The notes under the pieces: model-generated
Told to the model about the DNA's origin: nothing
Seen by the model: the letters and a program-made list of their open reading frames with translations, nothing else
The model's database searches: none
In this document: piece after piece, positions 1 through 10,480 of the stretch
Layout of the letters: each line of letters opens with the position of its first letter
Numbering within the stretch: position 1 is the stretch's first letter
DNA from: Octopus bimaculoides
Taxonomy: Eukaryota
Reading direction: 5' to 3'
DNA length: 32,372 nucleotides
Assembly (NCBI RefSeq): GCF_001194135.2
Contig: NC_069004.1
Coordinates: 12,782,067-12,814,438 of the forward strand
Made by a program: the position numbers and the translations under genes

Positions 1-306
1 CACTGGAAAAACTTATATATATTTGCCAAGGGATGCTTTTTGCATCGAAGGTCGGCGATTGTCGTACGCCGAAGAAGGAAAATAACCCTGAAACTCGAGT
101 ACGTACGTATCGTAGATCAAGATGGGAAGAATAACTTCCCTTGGCAAATACAGACAGGACACAGAAATGTGTCGATAGCCAGTCCTCCTGGGGCTAAAAG
201 CAACAGTAACATCCACCCCTCGGGGTCAGCCACATTTAAGTGGCAAATATACTTCACTTTATCGTGCCGTTACTGTTAATACCTCGTTCAGAGATTTAAC
301 ATTGCT

Positions 307-338
<32 letters not shown>

Positions 339-354
339 TGTATATATATACATA

Positions 355-975
355 TGGCGGAGGGAGGAGAAAGAGAGAGGAAGAAATGGTGAACAGGTGA
401 AACAGGAGGAGGCAGAGTGGACGGTAGAGAATGAGGAGAGATATACAATAGAGAGAAACGAAAAGAAAGAGTAAGTTTGAGAGAATAAAGATAAGAGAGA
501 TGAGCAGATTGAAGAAGGAGGAGGAGAAGAAGAAATATAAAAGCGCAGTGCGATAGATTAATTAGGCAATGGCGAGTAATGTAGGAAAAGAAAGATAGAA
601 AGCGTTAGAAAGAGAGAAGCGAAAGCAAGAATGATAATATTGGGAGAAAGAGTGTCTCAGTGAACGAGAAAGGGAAAAGGCGGAGAAAGACAGAGTGCAA
701 TGAGTTTGTGTGTGTGTGTGTAAATATGAGAGATAAAAACGAAGCGAAAAAGAACGGATATGTGAAGAGTGTAAATAAGTGAGAGAGAGAGAGATAAGAT
801 ACATAAACAGAAAGAGAGAACTACAATATGAGGCTGTGTGAGAGAGAAAAAGAGATACAATATGGATTAGAGAGGTAGAGAATTGCGGTATGAGAATGAA
901 AGAGAGAGAGAGACAGAGAAAGGGAGAGAGAGATATCGTATAAGAATGAGAGAGCGGGAGAGAGATAGGGTAAAG
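355..975. repeat. GA-rich (polypurine) low-complexity tract
   Basis: Continuous (GA)n/AAAG/GAG-rich sequence; explains the spurious Ser/Leu/Phe-rich minus-strand ORFs 562-1101. Confidence 0.85.
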
Positions 976-1003
976 TAAAAGGGAGATGCAGCAGTTGTGT
1001 GAA

Positions 1004-1160
1004 CGGAAGTGAAGAATCGAGTAAATCTGCGAGTAATTTTGGTGGACGACATTTCTGTGACGTTGAAACGACAGTGAGCGGGGCTCAGCACTGGATCTCA
1101 TAGCTGAAGGGATGCTGGGTCATCACCCCATCACACTATTACCATTATTATGCCGTAAGT
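1004..1160 (+). promoter_or_regulatory. Candidate promoter / first exon ending at a consensus splice donor (possible MGAT5 5' exon)
   Basis: Locally CpG-retaining; ETS-type CGGAAGTG at 1004-1011, TGACGT at 1058-1063, consensus donor GTAAGT at 1155-1160; same strand as the plus-strand MGAT5 exons. No transcript evidence. Confidence 0.3.
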
Positions 1161-1419
1161 AAAGTCTTGGTTTGGTTTTGTTCTTATTTATAAAGAGAGG
1201 CGTAAATGGATTTGTTTAGAAAAAAAAAATTGCGGCAGAAATCTCGGCTCGGCTCTTCCCTGCCAAAAAACAAAACAAAACAAAAAACGAAAAAAAAAGT
1301 CACTTAACTTGATATATCAATCGATGGTTTAGACCATTTGAATAGCTATGTATATAATAAATATACATATTTCGTAACTTAGTAATCTCTCTATATTTAA
1401 TACCTCCAGCTAAAACGGG

Positions 1420-1463
<44 letters not shown>

Positions 1464-2065
1464 CCCGTTTGAGTGCAAGATGGATCGAACTAGCGAAACG
1501 GAAGGACCCTGCAAGTGTAAATACCCATCNNNNNNNNNNNNNNNNNNNNNNNNNNNNNNNNNNNNNNNNNNNNNNNNNNNNNNNNNNNNNNNNNNNNNNN
1601 NNNNNNNNNNNNNNNNNNNNNNNNNNNNNNNNNNNNNNNNNNNNNNNNNNNNNNNNNNNNNNNNNNNNNNNNNNNNNNNNNNNNNNNNNNNNNNNNNNNN
1701 NNNNNNNNNNNNNNNNNNNNNNNNNNNNNNNNNNNNNNNNNNNNNNNNNNNNNNNNNNNNNNNNNNNNNNNNNNNNNNNNNNNNNNNNNNNNNNNNNNNN
1801 NNNNNNNNNNNNNNNNNNNNNNNNNNNNNNNNNNNNNNNNNNNNNNNNNNNNNNNNNNNNNNNNNNNNNNNNNNNNNNNNNNNNNNNNNNNNNNNNNNNN
1901 NNNNNNNNNNNNNNNNNNNNNNNNNNNNNNNNNNNNNNNNNNNNNNNNNNNNNNNNNNNNNNNNNNNNNNNNNNNNNNNNNNNNNNNNNNNNNNNNNNNN
2001 NNNNNNNNNNNNNNNNNNNNNNNNNNNNNNNNNNNNNNNNNNNNNNNNNNNNNNNNNNNNNNNNN

Positions 2066-2103
<38 letters not shown>

Positions 2104-2274
2104 GCATCATAGACAATCGTGTATCTGTAATCATATACACACAAGATAGGTAATCGTGTGTATATAATCAGATTGCTATAATCAGATATATATATACATT
2201 CTTGGAAGGCAATCGCGCATACATACAACATGATGCGCAATCGTATTTATAATCAAATGTATGTATACACATGA

Positions 2275-2480
2275 GAGGCAACCAAGGAGCTTGCTTGTAC
2301 GTGGTGACTCGATCTGTTTGAAACAACAGCCGCATTTCTCAGCTCACACCCCACGGTCTTAAAGAAATTGAAGTCCCTAGCAGACATTGTAGTCATTGGT
2401 TTATATACATACGAGATAGTCGAGGTTAGAGTGCTTTGATGTTAGGTCCACTCGATTATAGTTGACCAAGGGCTAAACGT
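2275..2480 (+). mobile_element. Dispersed SINE-like repeat, family D (degenerate)
   Basis: Shares blocks (...gaaa(c/t)a(a/g)cagcc..., ...gtcttaaa..., ...ggctaaac) with 14905-15110 (+), 5825-6005 (-) and 24265-24385 (-). Confidence 0.55.
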
Positions 2481-3764
2481 CTAGAGAGACACGAGTTCAC
2501 ATGGCTATGTATAATTCATTACACACACATGTATTATATGTTTATATTTGGGACACACAGACACACGCACACACAAAATAACAATGGAAAATAACGGTTA
2601 ATTGCTGCTCCTAGACATTAGATATAAATTCGCTAAATTCTACATTGTTGATCGACTTGCTAACAATTTCAGCTCGGTCTCCCTTAAACACCATACCGTG
2701 TTAAATTAATAAAACAGTAAAGACACATCGTATGATGAAGACCCACGTATACTTTATCTAGGAAAATATGTTGGTGTATCTCAGACATGATAAGAGTACA
2801 GTAGGATAAGAGAACGTCGAAGTTAGGAATGGTTAAGGAGAAAGTGAAGCACTAAGTAAACAAACCAAAGTAAAACAATGAAAGGTAATAGAGTACAAGG
2901 AATTTTAATTATCTGTAATAGGTTTATGGATAATAGTTTTAAAAGTTCATGGATATAAAAAGTTTAATCTTTTACCTTTCCTGACCTCTCCTACCAACAG
3001 AGTTATCCTTTTATCTTACTATGCACTTTACCTGGATAGGAAAAAAAATGGAACAGGATGGTCGCGGCTAAGATACCTTTAATTATACGGCCTAAACAAT
3101 GTACTAGATGTGAGAGTGCAAGCTTCCAAGATGAGTTTGTTGAAGTTTTTGTATTGTACAATTAGCTGGAATGTGTATATAATTAACCGGATACATTTAA
3201 TGTACCGAACGAGGTGTTGGGTTAATGAGTGCACAATGGATGTTAAGGGACCTTCATCGAAGTGCTGATGTCTTTCCTAAAACTTTATTTCTAGAAATGA
3301 GATTTGGTTGAGTGGGTCTATTGCTTCCAGTACCTACTGTCAGGTCGAGTGTTTAATGGGGTTTCTGGGTAGAACACTATATTCTACACTACCTGAGTTC
3401 TTATAGGTGTCGATAATCCGTCGACCAGATCATCTGGAAATATGACTAGATTATCCAGATTTATAATCTCTCATACACATAACACCTTGCTAATGATTAA
3501 TTAACTTTCCGCGTAATTTATTTTAATTTGAAGACAACACTGAATGAAACATCGGCAGTTTTCGGTAGAAGTTTATGACATCATGAGTGAGTGTGTGACA
3601 TGGCTTTTCGTTTGCTCGATAGAGCCGAATAGTTACACACAATTGCATACAAACTCATGACTGGCATCATGTACTAATACCAAAACATTGCTTGAAGCAT
3701 CAATTAGATTTCAGCTTTATGGTTGTTGTTGATCAAAGGTATCCCTATCGTTACCACCCTTTTT

Positions 3765-3924
3765 ATGTACATACTCAAAATTGATTTGTTGAGTAAATAT
3801 ATGTACATACTCAAAATTGATCTGTTGAGTAAATATATGTACATACTCAAAATTGATCTGTTGAGTAAATATATGTACATACTCAAAATTGATCTGTTGA
3901 GTAAATATATGTACATACTCAAAA
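3765..3924. repeat. 36-bp minisatellite x4.4 (ATGTACATACTCAAAATTGATCTGTTGAGTAAATAT), extra detached copy at 4083-4118
   Basis: Units start at 3765, 3801, 3837, 3873, 3909; near-identical; source of the repetitive MYILKIDLLSKY ORF. Confidence 0.95.
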
Positions 3925-3962
3925 GTGTGTGTGTGTGTTTTTCCTTGTTTCTTTCTGTGTTC

Positions 3963-3998
3963 CTTTCTGTGGAAGAGCGTAGGCTCGAAACGTTAAAG
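3963..3998 (+). ncRNA. Minimal type-I hammerhead-ribozyme-like motif with variant core (Penelope-associated type)
   Basis: CTTT-[CTGTGGA]-A-GAGC(GTAG)GCTC-GAAA-CG-TT-AAAG: helix I CTTT/AAAG, helix II GAGC/GCTC, palindromic ACGT helix III; core deviates from CUGANGA (A6->U). Confidence 0.45.
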
Positions 3999-4357
3999 AC
4001 TTCTTCACTTCCAGAGCGTTAAGCTAATACACCTATCTTCGTCTTTTGTCTTTTTTGTGAATTCTCCCTATATATATATATATGATCTGTTGAGTAAATA
4101 TATGTACATACTCAAAATCGAAGTCCCTGAACAATCAGGTACTTATGTCTGTAGAGGCTTATTTATAACTACCATTGGCTCACATAGCCTTCCTTTTCCT
4201 GACAGTAGAAGGAAGTTTGAGAAAATGTTTGCTGCTATTTCCAAGACGTAAATGCTCCCTTAGCTTCTCTGTACTAAGAATCCTTTTGATCTTCATAGGG
4301 TTGTTTTCTTTTTTTAGTTCACAACTTATATATATGACAGAAAGAAACAAGGAAACA

Positions 4358-4397
<40 letters not shown>

Positions 4398-4401
<4 letters not shown>

Positions 4402-4447
4402 CAGAGATACCCGGCGTTGCTCGGGATTAGAATCGCATTATTTGTAT

Positions 4448-4485
<38 letters not shown>

Positions 4486-5087
4486 CAAAGAATATATATG
4501 CATGTATACACATATATATGTACATACATCTACATGTGTATATAGATGCATATCAGGGTACAGGACGTTAGAACAATGAACTACAGACCACGGAACAAAC
4601 ACATAGGAAAACAGAAAGCCACTTGGAATTAATCCTTCGTCAGCTGCCTCTATTCTAACTAGACGTTTATATATATTACAGTAATGTTGAAACAGGTGAT
4701 ATGGGAAAGTGTGGTATTGATGACAAAACATTTGTGGAGTAAATTTTAAAACTTTGCAGAAAGGACAATTTGAGTTTAGCACACCAATTTGGACAGAATT
4801 ATAATTTTTATAAGAACGGGATGGATCATATCTGAAAGCAGCTCCAGGAGTTGTGAAGAACGAATTTGTCCCTGGTCTGTTTCTAAGAACTATTCTATTG
4901 TTGATCTTGAGAAAGTCTCATCTCCCTTTCCTCTTGAAACTTTATTTGACATGCTGCAGCATGCCTTTGTTGATCTTGAGAAAGTCTCATGTCCCTTATC
5001 TCTTAAGACTCTCGCCTTTAGTTTTCTGCAATCCTCCTTGCTTGATAGGTGTTTCTGGAGAGATTACGTTTTTTTCTTTGGTGGCAT
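4398..5087 (-). mobile_element. Internally deleted Helitron with degenerate Rep/Hel N-terminal coding remnant
   Basis: Minus-strand 3' end CCCGAGCAACGCCGGG hairpin...CTAG|T at 4398-4425; minus-strand ATG at 5087 gives MPPKKKRNLSRNTYQARRIAEN*..MRLSQDQQ repeats (69 bp apart), then frameshifted AAFRYDPSRSYKNYNSVQIGVLNSNCPFCKVLKF, the typical Helitron AFxYDP...IG...CxxCxxxKF motif. 5' end possibly A|TC at 5379. Confidence 0.8.
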
Positions 5088-5824
5088 AATTTTTGTTCAA
5101 TATTGTAATCCAAAAATTATGAACATAGAAAAAAACATATACATTAATCTCTATTTTTGTACATAGCTATATGTATGTAGTATGTCTGCATTTTTGTATG
5201 CAGTGTAAGTTTACCAAATATAAGCAAATTGTAAATACCTTGCAACTGCTGTGCTAATTATGAACTGGTAATTGAACAGTAGGTGTGTATTTTTATATAC
5301 CTTGGACAGGCCACCTAATTGTTTTTTGTCGAGTTTCACCTCCAGCCATTCTTGTCACATATGTATATGTATGTGTAGATGTGTGTGTGTGTGTTTAATA
5401 ATGTACATAATGAACTTGCAAAGACTCACACACTCACAGACACATACACATTCATATACAAAAAAAGATAGAAGATAATTGTAATTAGATCATCAAAATG
5501 TTTAAAGAAAACAAAATTGAGGTGCATAAAATGTTAACCCTGCCTTTCCATTTTAAATTTTTTTCACACTAAACTTTTTATATAATCATAACTTACACTT
5601 CCTGAAAGGTGTTTGTAGGAAATTTCATTGAAATATATGCATTTCTATGAGTGTTATGCAGAATCAAAGTTGGTGTGGGCAGAAGACACGATTCTCTAGG
5701 TGTGTCCCTGAGAACCACATTTTGATAAAAAGAAAAAAGATTTTAAGCTGGAATTTACATAAGGTGTTTACATGTTGACTTGTCTGACATTTTACCAACT
5801 TCTTTATCAAAGATTTTTAGGAGA

Positions 5825-6005
5825 AGCTGTTTAGCCCTGAGTCAGTCCTGATCAAGCAACCCTAACATCAAGCTGTTCCAGCCATGATCATTCTGAACCT
5901 TTTGGAGTCTCTAAGTTTAAGATGGTGGTGGTGGTGGATCTGATTCAAGGAAGATTTAGCTGGTATTTTTAGTAGAATGTGTGTTCATATAGAAGCTCCC
6001 TCACT
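5825..6005 (-). mobile_element. SINE-like family D copy
   Basis: Reverse complement of the 2275/14905 family (starts ...gtttagccctgagtcagtcctgatcaagca). Confidence 0.5.
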
Positions 6006-6026
6006 GGATAATTATCAATCTAGGTT

Positions 6027-6235
6027 TACTCTTTTACTCATTTACTTGTTTCAGTTATTTGACTGCGGCCATGCTGGAGCACCGCCTTTAGTCGAGCAAA
6101 TCGACCCCAGGACTTATTCTTTGTAAGCCTCATACTTATTCTATCGGTCTCTCTTTTGCCGAACCGCTAAGTTACGGGGACGTAAACACACCACCATCGG
6201 TTGTCAAGCGATGTTGGGGGAGGGGATAAACACAG
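6027..6235 (-). mobile_element. tRNA-derived SINE family A, 3' half (head presumably in the gap)
   Basis: Reverse complement highly similar to 14015-14206. Confidence 0.85.
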
Positions 6236-7136
6236 ACACACAAACATATACAGACACATACATATATATATNNNNNNNNNNNNNNNNNNNNNNNNNNNNN
6301 NNNNNNNNNNNNNNNNNNNNNNNNNNNNNNNNNNNNNNNNNNNNNNNNNNNNNNNNNNNNNNNNNNNNNNNNNNNNNNNNNNNNNNNNNNNNNNNNNNNN
6401 NNNNNNNNNNNNNNNNNNNNNNNNNNNNNNNNNNNNNNNNNNNNNNNNNNNNNNNNNNNNNNNNNNNNNNNNNNNNNNNNNNNNNNNNNNNNNNNNNNNN
6501 NNNNNNNNNNNNNNNNNNNNNNNNNNNNNNNNNNNNNNNNNNNNNNNNNNNNNNNNNNNNNNNNNNNNNNNNNNNNNNNNNNNNNNNNNNNNNNNNNNNN
6601 NNNNNNNNNNNNNNNNNNNNNNNNNNNNNNNNNNNNNNNNNNNNNNNNNNNNNNNNNNNNNNNNNNNNNNNNNNNNNNNNNNNNNNNNNNNNNNNNNNNN
6701 NNNNNNNNNNNNNNNNNNNNNNNNNNNNNNNNNNNNNNNNNNNNNNNNNNNNNNNNNNNNNNNNNNNNNNNNNNNNNNNNNNNNNNNNNNNNNNNNNNNN
6801 NNNNNNNNNNNNNNNNNNNNNNNNNNNNNNNNNNNNNNNNNNNNNNNNNNNNNNNNNNNNNNNNNNNNNNNNNNNNNNNNNNNNNNNNNNNNNNNNNNNN
6901 NNNNNNNNNNNNNNNNNNNNNNNNNNNNNNNNNNNNNNNNNNNNNNNNNNNNNNNNNNNNNNNNNNNNNNNNNNNNNNNNNNNNNNNNNNNNNNNNNNNN
7001 NNNNNNNNNNNNNNNNNNNNNNNNNNNNNNNATTTGATGTGTATAAAAAACCACCCTACTCTATTTTTATAATCAAATATTGTTAGGAATTGTATTAAAA
7101 AATGAAAATATTTAATAGTATTGTAGAAAAAAAAAA

Positions 7137-7384
7137 TGCGCCCTTTTAAAGCCTAGCCAGGTTCATGGGCCCGGTTTCCTGGTTTCAATGGCGTATGTGT
7201 TCCCCAGCTGGACGGGACGCCAGTCCATCGCAGCGTTACTCATTTTTGCCAGCTGAGTGGACTGGAGCAACGTGAAATGAAGTGTTTTGTTTAAGAACAC
7301 AATGCGTCACCTGGTCTAGGATTCGAAACCACAATCTTACGATCATGATGCTGACACCCTAACCACTAAGCCATGCGCCTCCAC
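7137..7384 (-). mobile_element. tRNA-derived SINE (family B) with intact Pol III boxes
   Basis: Minus strand begins GTGGAGGCGCATGGCTTAGTGG (A box) ... GGTTTCGAATCC (B box); degenerate relative at 21130-21355. Confidence 0.85.
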
Positions 7385-7574
7385 AGTATTGTAGAAGTAT
7401 AAGCAATTTCTTGCACTTAAATTTTAACAAGAAAATCCTGTATGGACCCTGGTTGAGAACTCTTGGTCTAAAACAAAAGATAAGGTTGCATACATAACCT
7501 AGTTGTCTATTGTTCATTAATATAAAGAATGTATGAATTACCAGTTGAAGCAATATTCTAGCACTCCTTTGGTT

Positions 7575-7760
7575 ACGATATCTGTTCCTGTTGATCCAAT
7601 GAATAGAATATCCTGTTTGTGAAATTAATATGCAAGTGATTGAGCACTCAACAAACACATGTAACCCTTAATGAAGGTCTTCGGGAGACTTAGCATCACA
7701 ACAGGATGTAACGAGGCTGACTCTTGTGAATTACAGGTACAACTCATTTTTACCAGCTGA
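7575..7760 (-). mobile_element. Degenerate fragment of SINE family E (Ceph-domain-like body)
   Basis: Similar to 29040-29200 (aaattaa.gtgcaagtg..tgagcactc..ca.acac.tg.acccttaa). Confidence 0.6.
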
Positions 7761-7910
7761 TGAGCCTAGAATGAAAGATTATCAGGTCCTTAATACAAAG
7801 GATGTTGAATTAGCAACTGCTGCAAAAAAATATACATAGATATAACTGTATGTATGTATATATATGTATGTATGTATATGTAAGTATATATATATATATA
7901 TATATATATA

Positions 7911-8010
7911 NNNNNNNNNNNNNNNNNNNNNNNNNNNNNNNNNNNNNNNNNNNNNNNNNNNNNNNNNNNNNNNNNNNNNNNNNNNNNNNNNNNNNNNNNN
8001 NNNNNNNNNN
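7911..8010. other. Exactly 100-N scaffold gap (left bound of probable mis-oriented block)
   Basis: N count 10+60+30=100; fixed-size gaps usually mark joins of unknown size. Confidence 0.9.
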
Positions 8011-8184
8011 CCTTTCTAAAGACATTGGGTTTAGAGGAATAAGGAATGTCACTAACATTCAGATATATAGATATATAAATGATAACACAGATGGGTTGCA
8101 GTTCACTACAGCTGTTTCAAACATATTCTTTATTGATGAACAAAAGTGCTACATCATGCAAAAGAACCATTTTCATCAGGTAAG

Positions 8185-8242
8185 AAATAGCAATGCCAGC
8201 ATAGAAAATGGATGTTAAACGACAATGATGATGATAATGATG
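8185..8242 (+). mobile_element. RTE LINE extreme 3' tail remnant
   Basis: aatgccagcatagaaaatggatgttaaacgac(aat/gat)n matches the tail of the longer RTE copies. Confidence 0.7.
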
Positions 8243-8561
8243 AACTTCTCACGAAACAGGACATAGTGCCAGATGGCTCACTGACCTGATTTTGGTGTAT
8301 TCAGTCAGTTACTTGTGAATGTATACATAACTGGCTTAACAATCCTGTATTTACTTTACTAAGTGTACACATGTCAGTACACAGGTGCATATCCCCAACT
8401 CTACCTTGGTGCTTTTACAATCTAAATACCTGATTCTTTTGAATTCTGAAAATTGACTGACTGACATACATACATACATACATACATGACATTTGAACGG
8501 TAGTAAAAATGACCCTGACGATGCTGCACTTTATTTAAAAGCAGCAGAAATATAACAAAAG

Positions 8562-8601
8562 ACTGTTACTCGGAGTTTCACGTTCCCGTTCATCGGACAG
8601 T
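8562..8601 (-). ncRNA. Mirror copy of the minimal hammerhead-like motif (left palindrome arm)
   Basis: Exact reverse complement of 8622-8661. Confidence 0.5.
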
Positions 8602-8621
8602 TTTGTTAGAAAAATCACAAA

Positions 8622-8661
8622 ACTGTCCGATGAACGGGAACGTGAAACTCCGAGTAACAGT
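8622..8661 (+). ncRNA. Minimal type-I hammerhead-ribozyme-like motif (U4->C core variant), predicted cut after GUA 8656
   Basis: ACTGT-[CCGATGA]-ACG(GGAA)CGT-GAAA-CT(CCG)AG-TA-ACAGT: helix I 5 bp, helix II 3 bp, helix III 3 bp. Confidence 0.5.
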
Positions 8662-8903
8662 CTTTTGTTATATTTCTGCTGCTTTTAAATAAAGCATATT
8701 ACTCTACCTCTGGTATTTGAGTACTCTTTTTTCCACCTTGTTGCACATTTATGTGCTTACTCCAGTATANNNNNNNNNNNNNNNNNNNNNNNNNNNNNNN
8801 NNNNNNNNNNNNNNNNNNNNNNNNNNNNNNNNNNNNNNNNNNNNNNNNNNNNNNNNNNNNNNNNNNNNNNNNNNNNNNNNNNNNNNNNNNNNNNNNNNNN
8901 NNN

Positions 8904-8958
<55 letters not shown>

Positions 8959-9126
8959 GAAGGACTCCCTTTAGTCATGAATGACCATGAGATATATCTC
9001 ATTATCTAAAACATTGGTATAAACAGACAGACCATCTATAAAAAGCACACACATATAGTCTTAATAGCAGTTTTAGAATTCCATATGCAATTCAGAAAAA
9101 GGTATGAAACAACTGTGATAGCTCAC

Positions 9127-9216
9127 CTCACTGAGATACATCAAGAAAGAACATTCTGTACCGTCAACACCATAAAGTTTGTAACACGGATGTGTTCTCC
9201 ACATACGTCGCATCCA
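9127..9216 (-). CDS. MGAT5: MGAT5/GnT-V coding exon (90 bp, phase 0-0): WMRRMWRTHPCYKLYGVDGTECSFLMYLSE
   Basis: ttttctcttttcaag acceptor, GTGAGC donor; matches recalled human GnT-V WMKDMWRSDPCYADYGVDGSTCSFFIYLSE. Confidence 0.93.
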
Positions 9217-10480
9217 CTTGAAAAGAGAAAAAAAAATTCATAGTTTTAATTACTGGATCGGCAACATTTATCAATTACTTCTCATTCTATCTTCATTAGA
9301 CTAAACAAAAAAAACATATATACTATATTTTAACGTGTATAAGGAACCCCCTAATTTTGGGGGCTTAAAATTTGGAAAAAAAGGTTTTGTAAGGGATTAT
9401 TATACTATCCATGTATAAGAAACTCCTATATTTTTTACTGAATTTCCAGTTTTTTTTCTTGCTTTTGGTATGTGTTTTGCTAAAATATATATATTACTGT
9501 TGTAAATTGTAAAACATAACTATCACCACTACTACATGAACCTGAAGATTACATAGTTTAATGCATGAAAGTACTAGTGCAATCAGAATGGACATTTAAT
9601 ATTCCATCATTATATTATATTATATTATTATAAGATTGTTATAAGATTCTTATTATTATAAGAACGTAAAAATCAGACAAAGTTGGAATTCCTTTCAGTA
9701 ATACACACACACACACACACAACACACACACACACACACACAACACACACAGTAATAACTCACTTTATGAGACTATGGGTTTGAAAGTTTTATTTTTCAG
9801 CTCACTTTGTATGGTGAACTGAATTTTTTCAAGCAGAAGATCCAAATTTTGAATGAAGGGCAAAAGTTTCTACTACCATAATAAATGTTTCTGCATATTA
9901 GTGAGAAATTTATAGAGAATGAAAAAAAAGCAAACAACCCTAGACTAAGAAATTTATAAGTCTGTCTATGAGTGCTTGTGAATCAGCAATCAGGTCTACA
10001 AATAACAGTTTGTGAAAGTCTAGCATGAGTGAAAGTGATTCAGAAAATGGTTATAAATGGTCTTCACATTCTTTTTACTCTACATAAAATATTCTTTACA
10101 TTCTATTTTGTTTTATTGCCATTCATTCATGAGTATTATAAATTTTATAGGTAAAATATTTATCTGGGAACGAATTATGACTTATAACATTGCTACTATG
10201 GGAAATTATTGCTTTGCTTTACGAGTTCTCTCTTTATGAGCAAATTAATTCCAGAAACATATTAACTCATATATTGAGGCATTACTGTATATATATGATT
10301 GTGTATGTGTATGTGTATACATATATATAGTACTTGTTCACAATTTACATGTGAAGTTATATAAATACTTCACATCGCAGACCATGGAAATGAAAAGAAT
10401 ATTTGAGGAAGCTGTCCTATAAAACAGTTCTATCCAGATAATGAAGAAGTGTGTACAGGTAAGAATGATTGACAATTTAC

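Larger units (their letters stand above)
8529..8694. repeat. Perfect inverted repeat, 78-bp arms (8529-8606 / 8617-8694), 10-nt spacer; probably Penelope-like terminal repeat in inverted arrangement
   Basis: Base-by-base comparison shows zero mismatches; spacer TAGAAAAATC. Confidence 0.95.

Noticed and set aside
562-1101. 179-aa and overlapping minus-strand ORFs
   Set aside because: Translation of the GA-rich low-complexity tract; no recognisable protein.
1461-2240. Long ORFs here and at 6167-7086, 7810-8218, 8717-9002, 22727-23644, 27221-28301
   Set aside because: Open only because they run through N-gaps and (TA)n microsatellites.
3765-3924. CRISPR-like 36-bp hairpin repeats
   Set aside because: Units are contiguous with no unique spacers, no cas genes, eukaryotic context.
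3704-4022. Repetitive MYILKIDLLSKY / MSMYIYLLNRSIL ORFs
   Set aside because: By-product of a 36-bp minisatellite whose unit length is a multiple of three.
4205-4340. TM-like frame after a strong plus-strand acceptor as the MGAT5 signal-anchor exon
   Set aside because: No convincing donor before the (CA)n/Helitron and no resemblance to the GnT-V N-terminus; kept only as a possibility.
7137-7384. tRNA genes here and at 29016-29398
   Set aside because: tRNA-like heads continue into SINE bodies and lack a complete acceptor stem.
8063-8179. Plus-strand exon-like segment (CTAAC..CAG / GTAAGA, open frame IYRYINDNTDGLQF...)
   Set aside because: No homology recognised, antisense to MGAT5 once the block is re-oriented, and no compatible partner exons.
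10381-10458. Plus-strand AG..GT segment with in-frame TGA (DHGNEKNI*GSCP), possible selenocysteine exon
   Set aside because: Stops in all three frames, no similarity to selenoprotein motifs I know, no SECIS evidence, antisense to a real MGAT5 exon 22 bp away.
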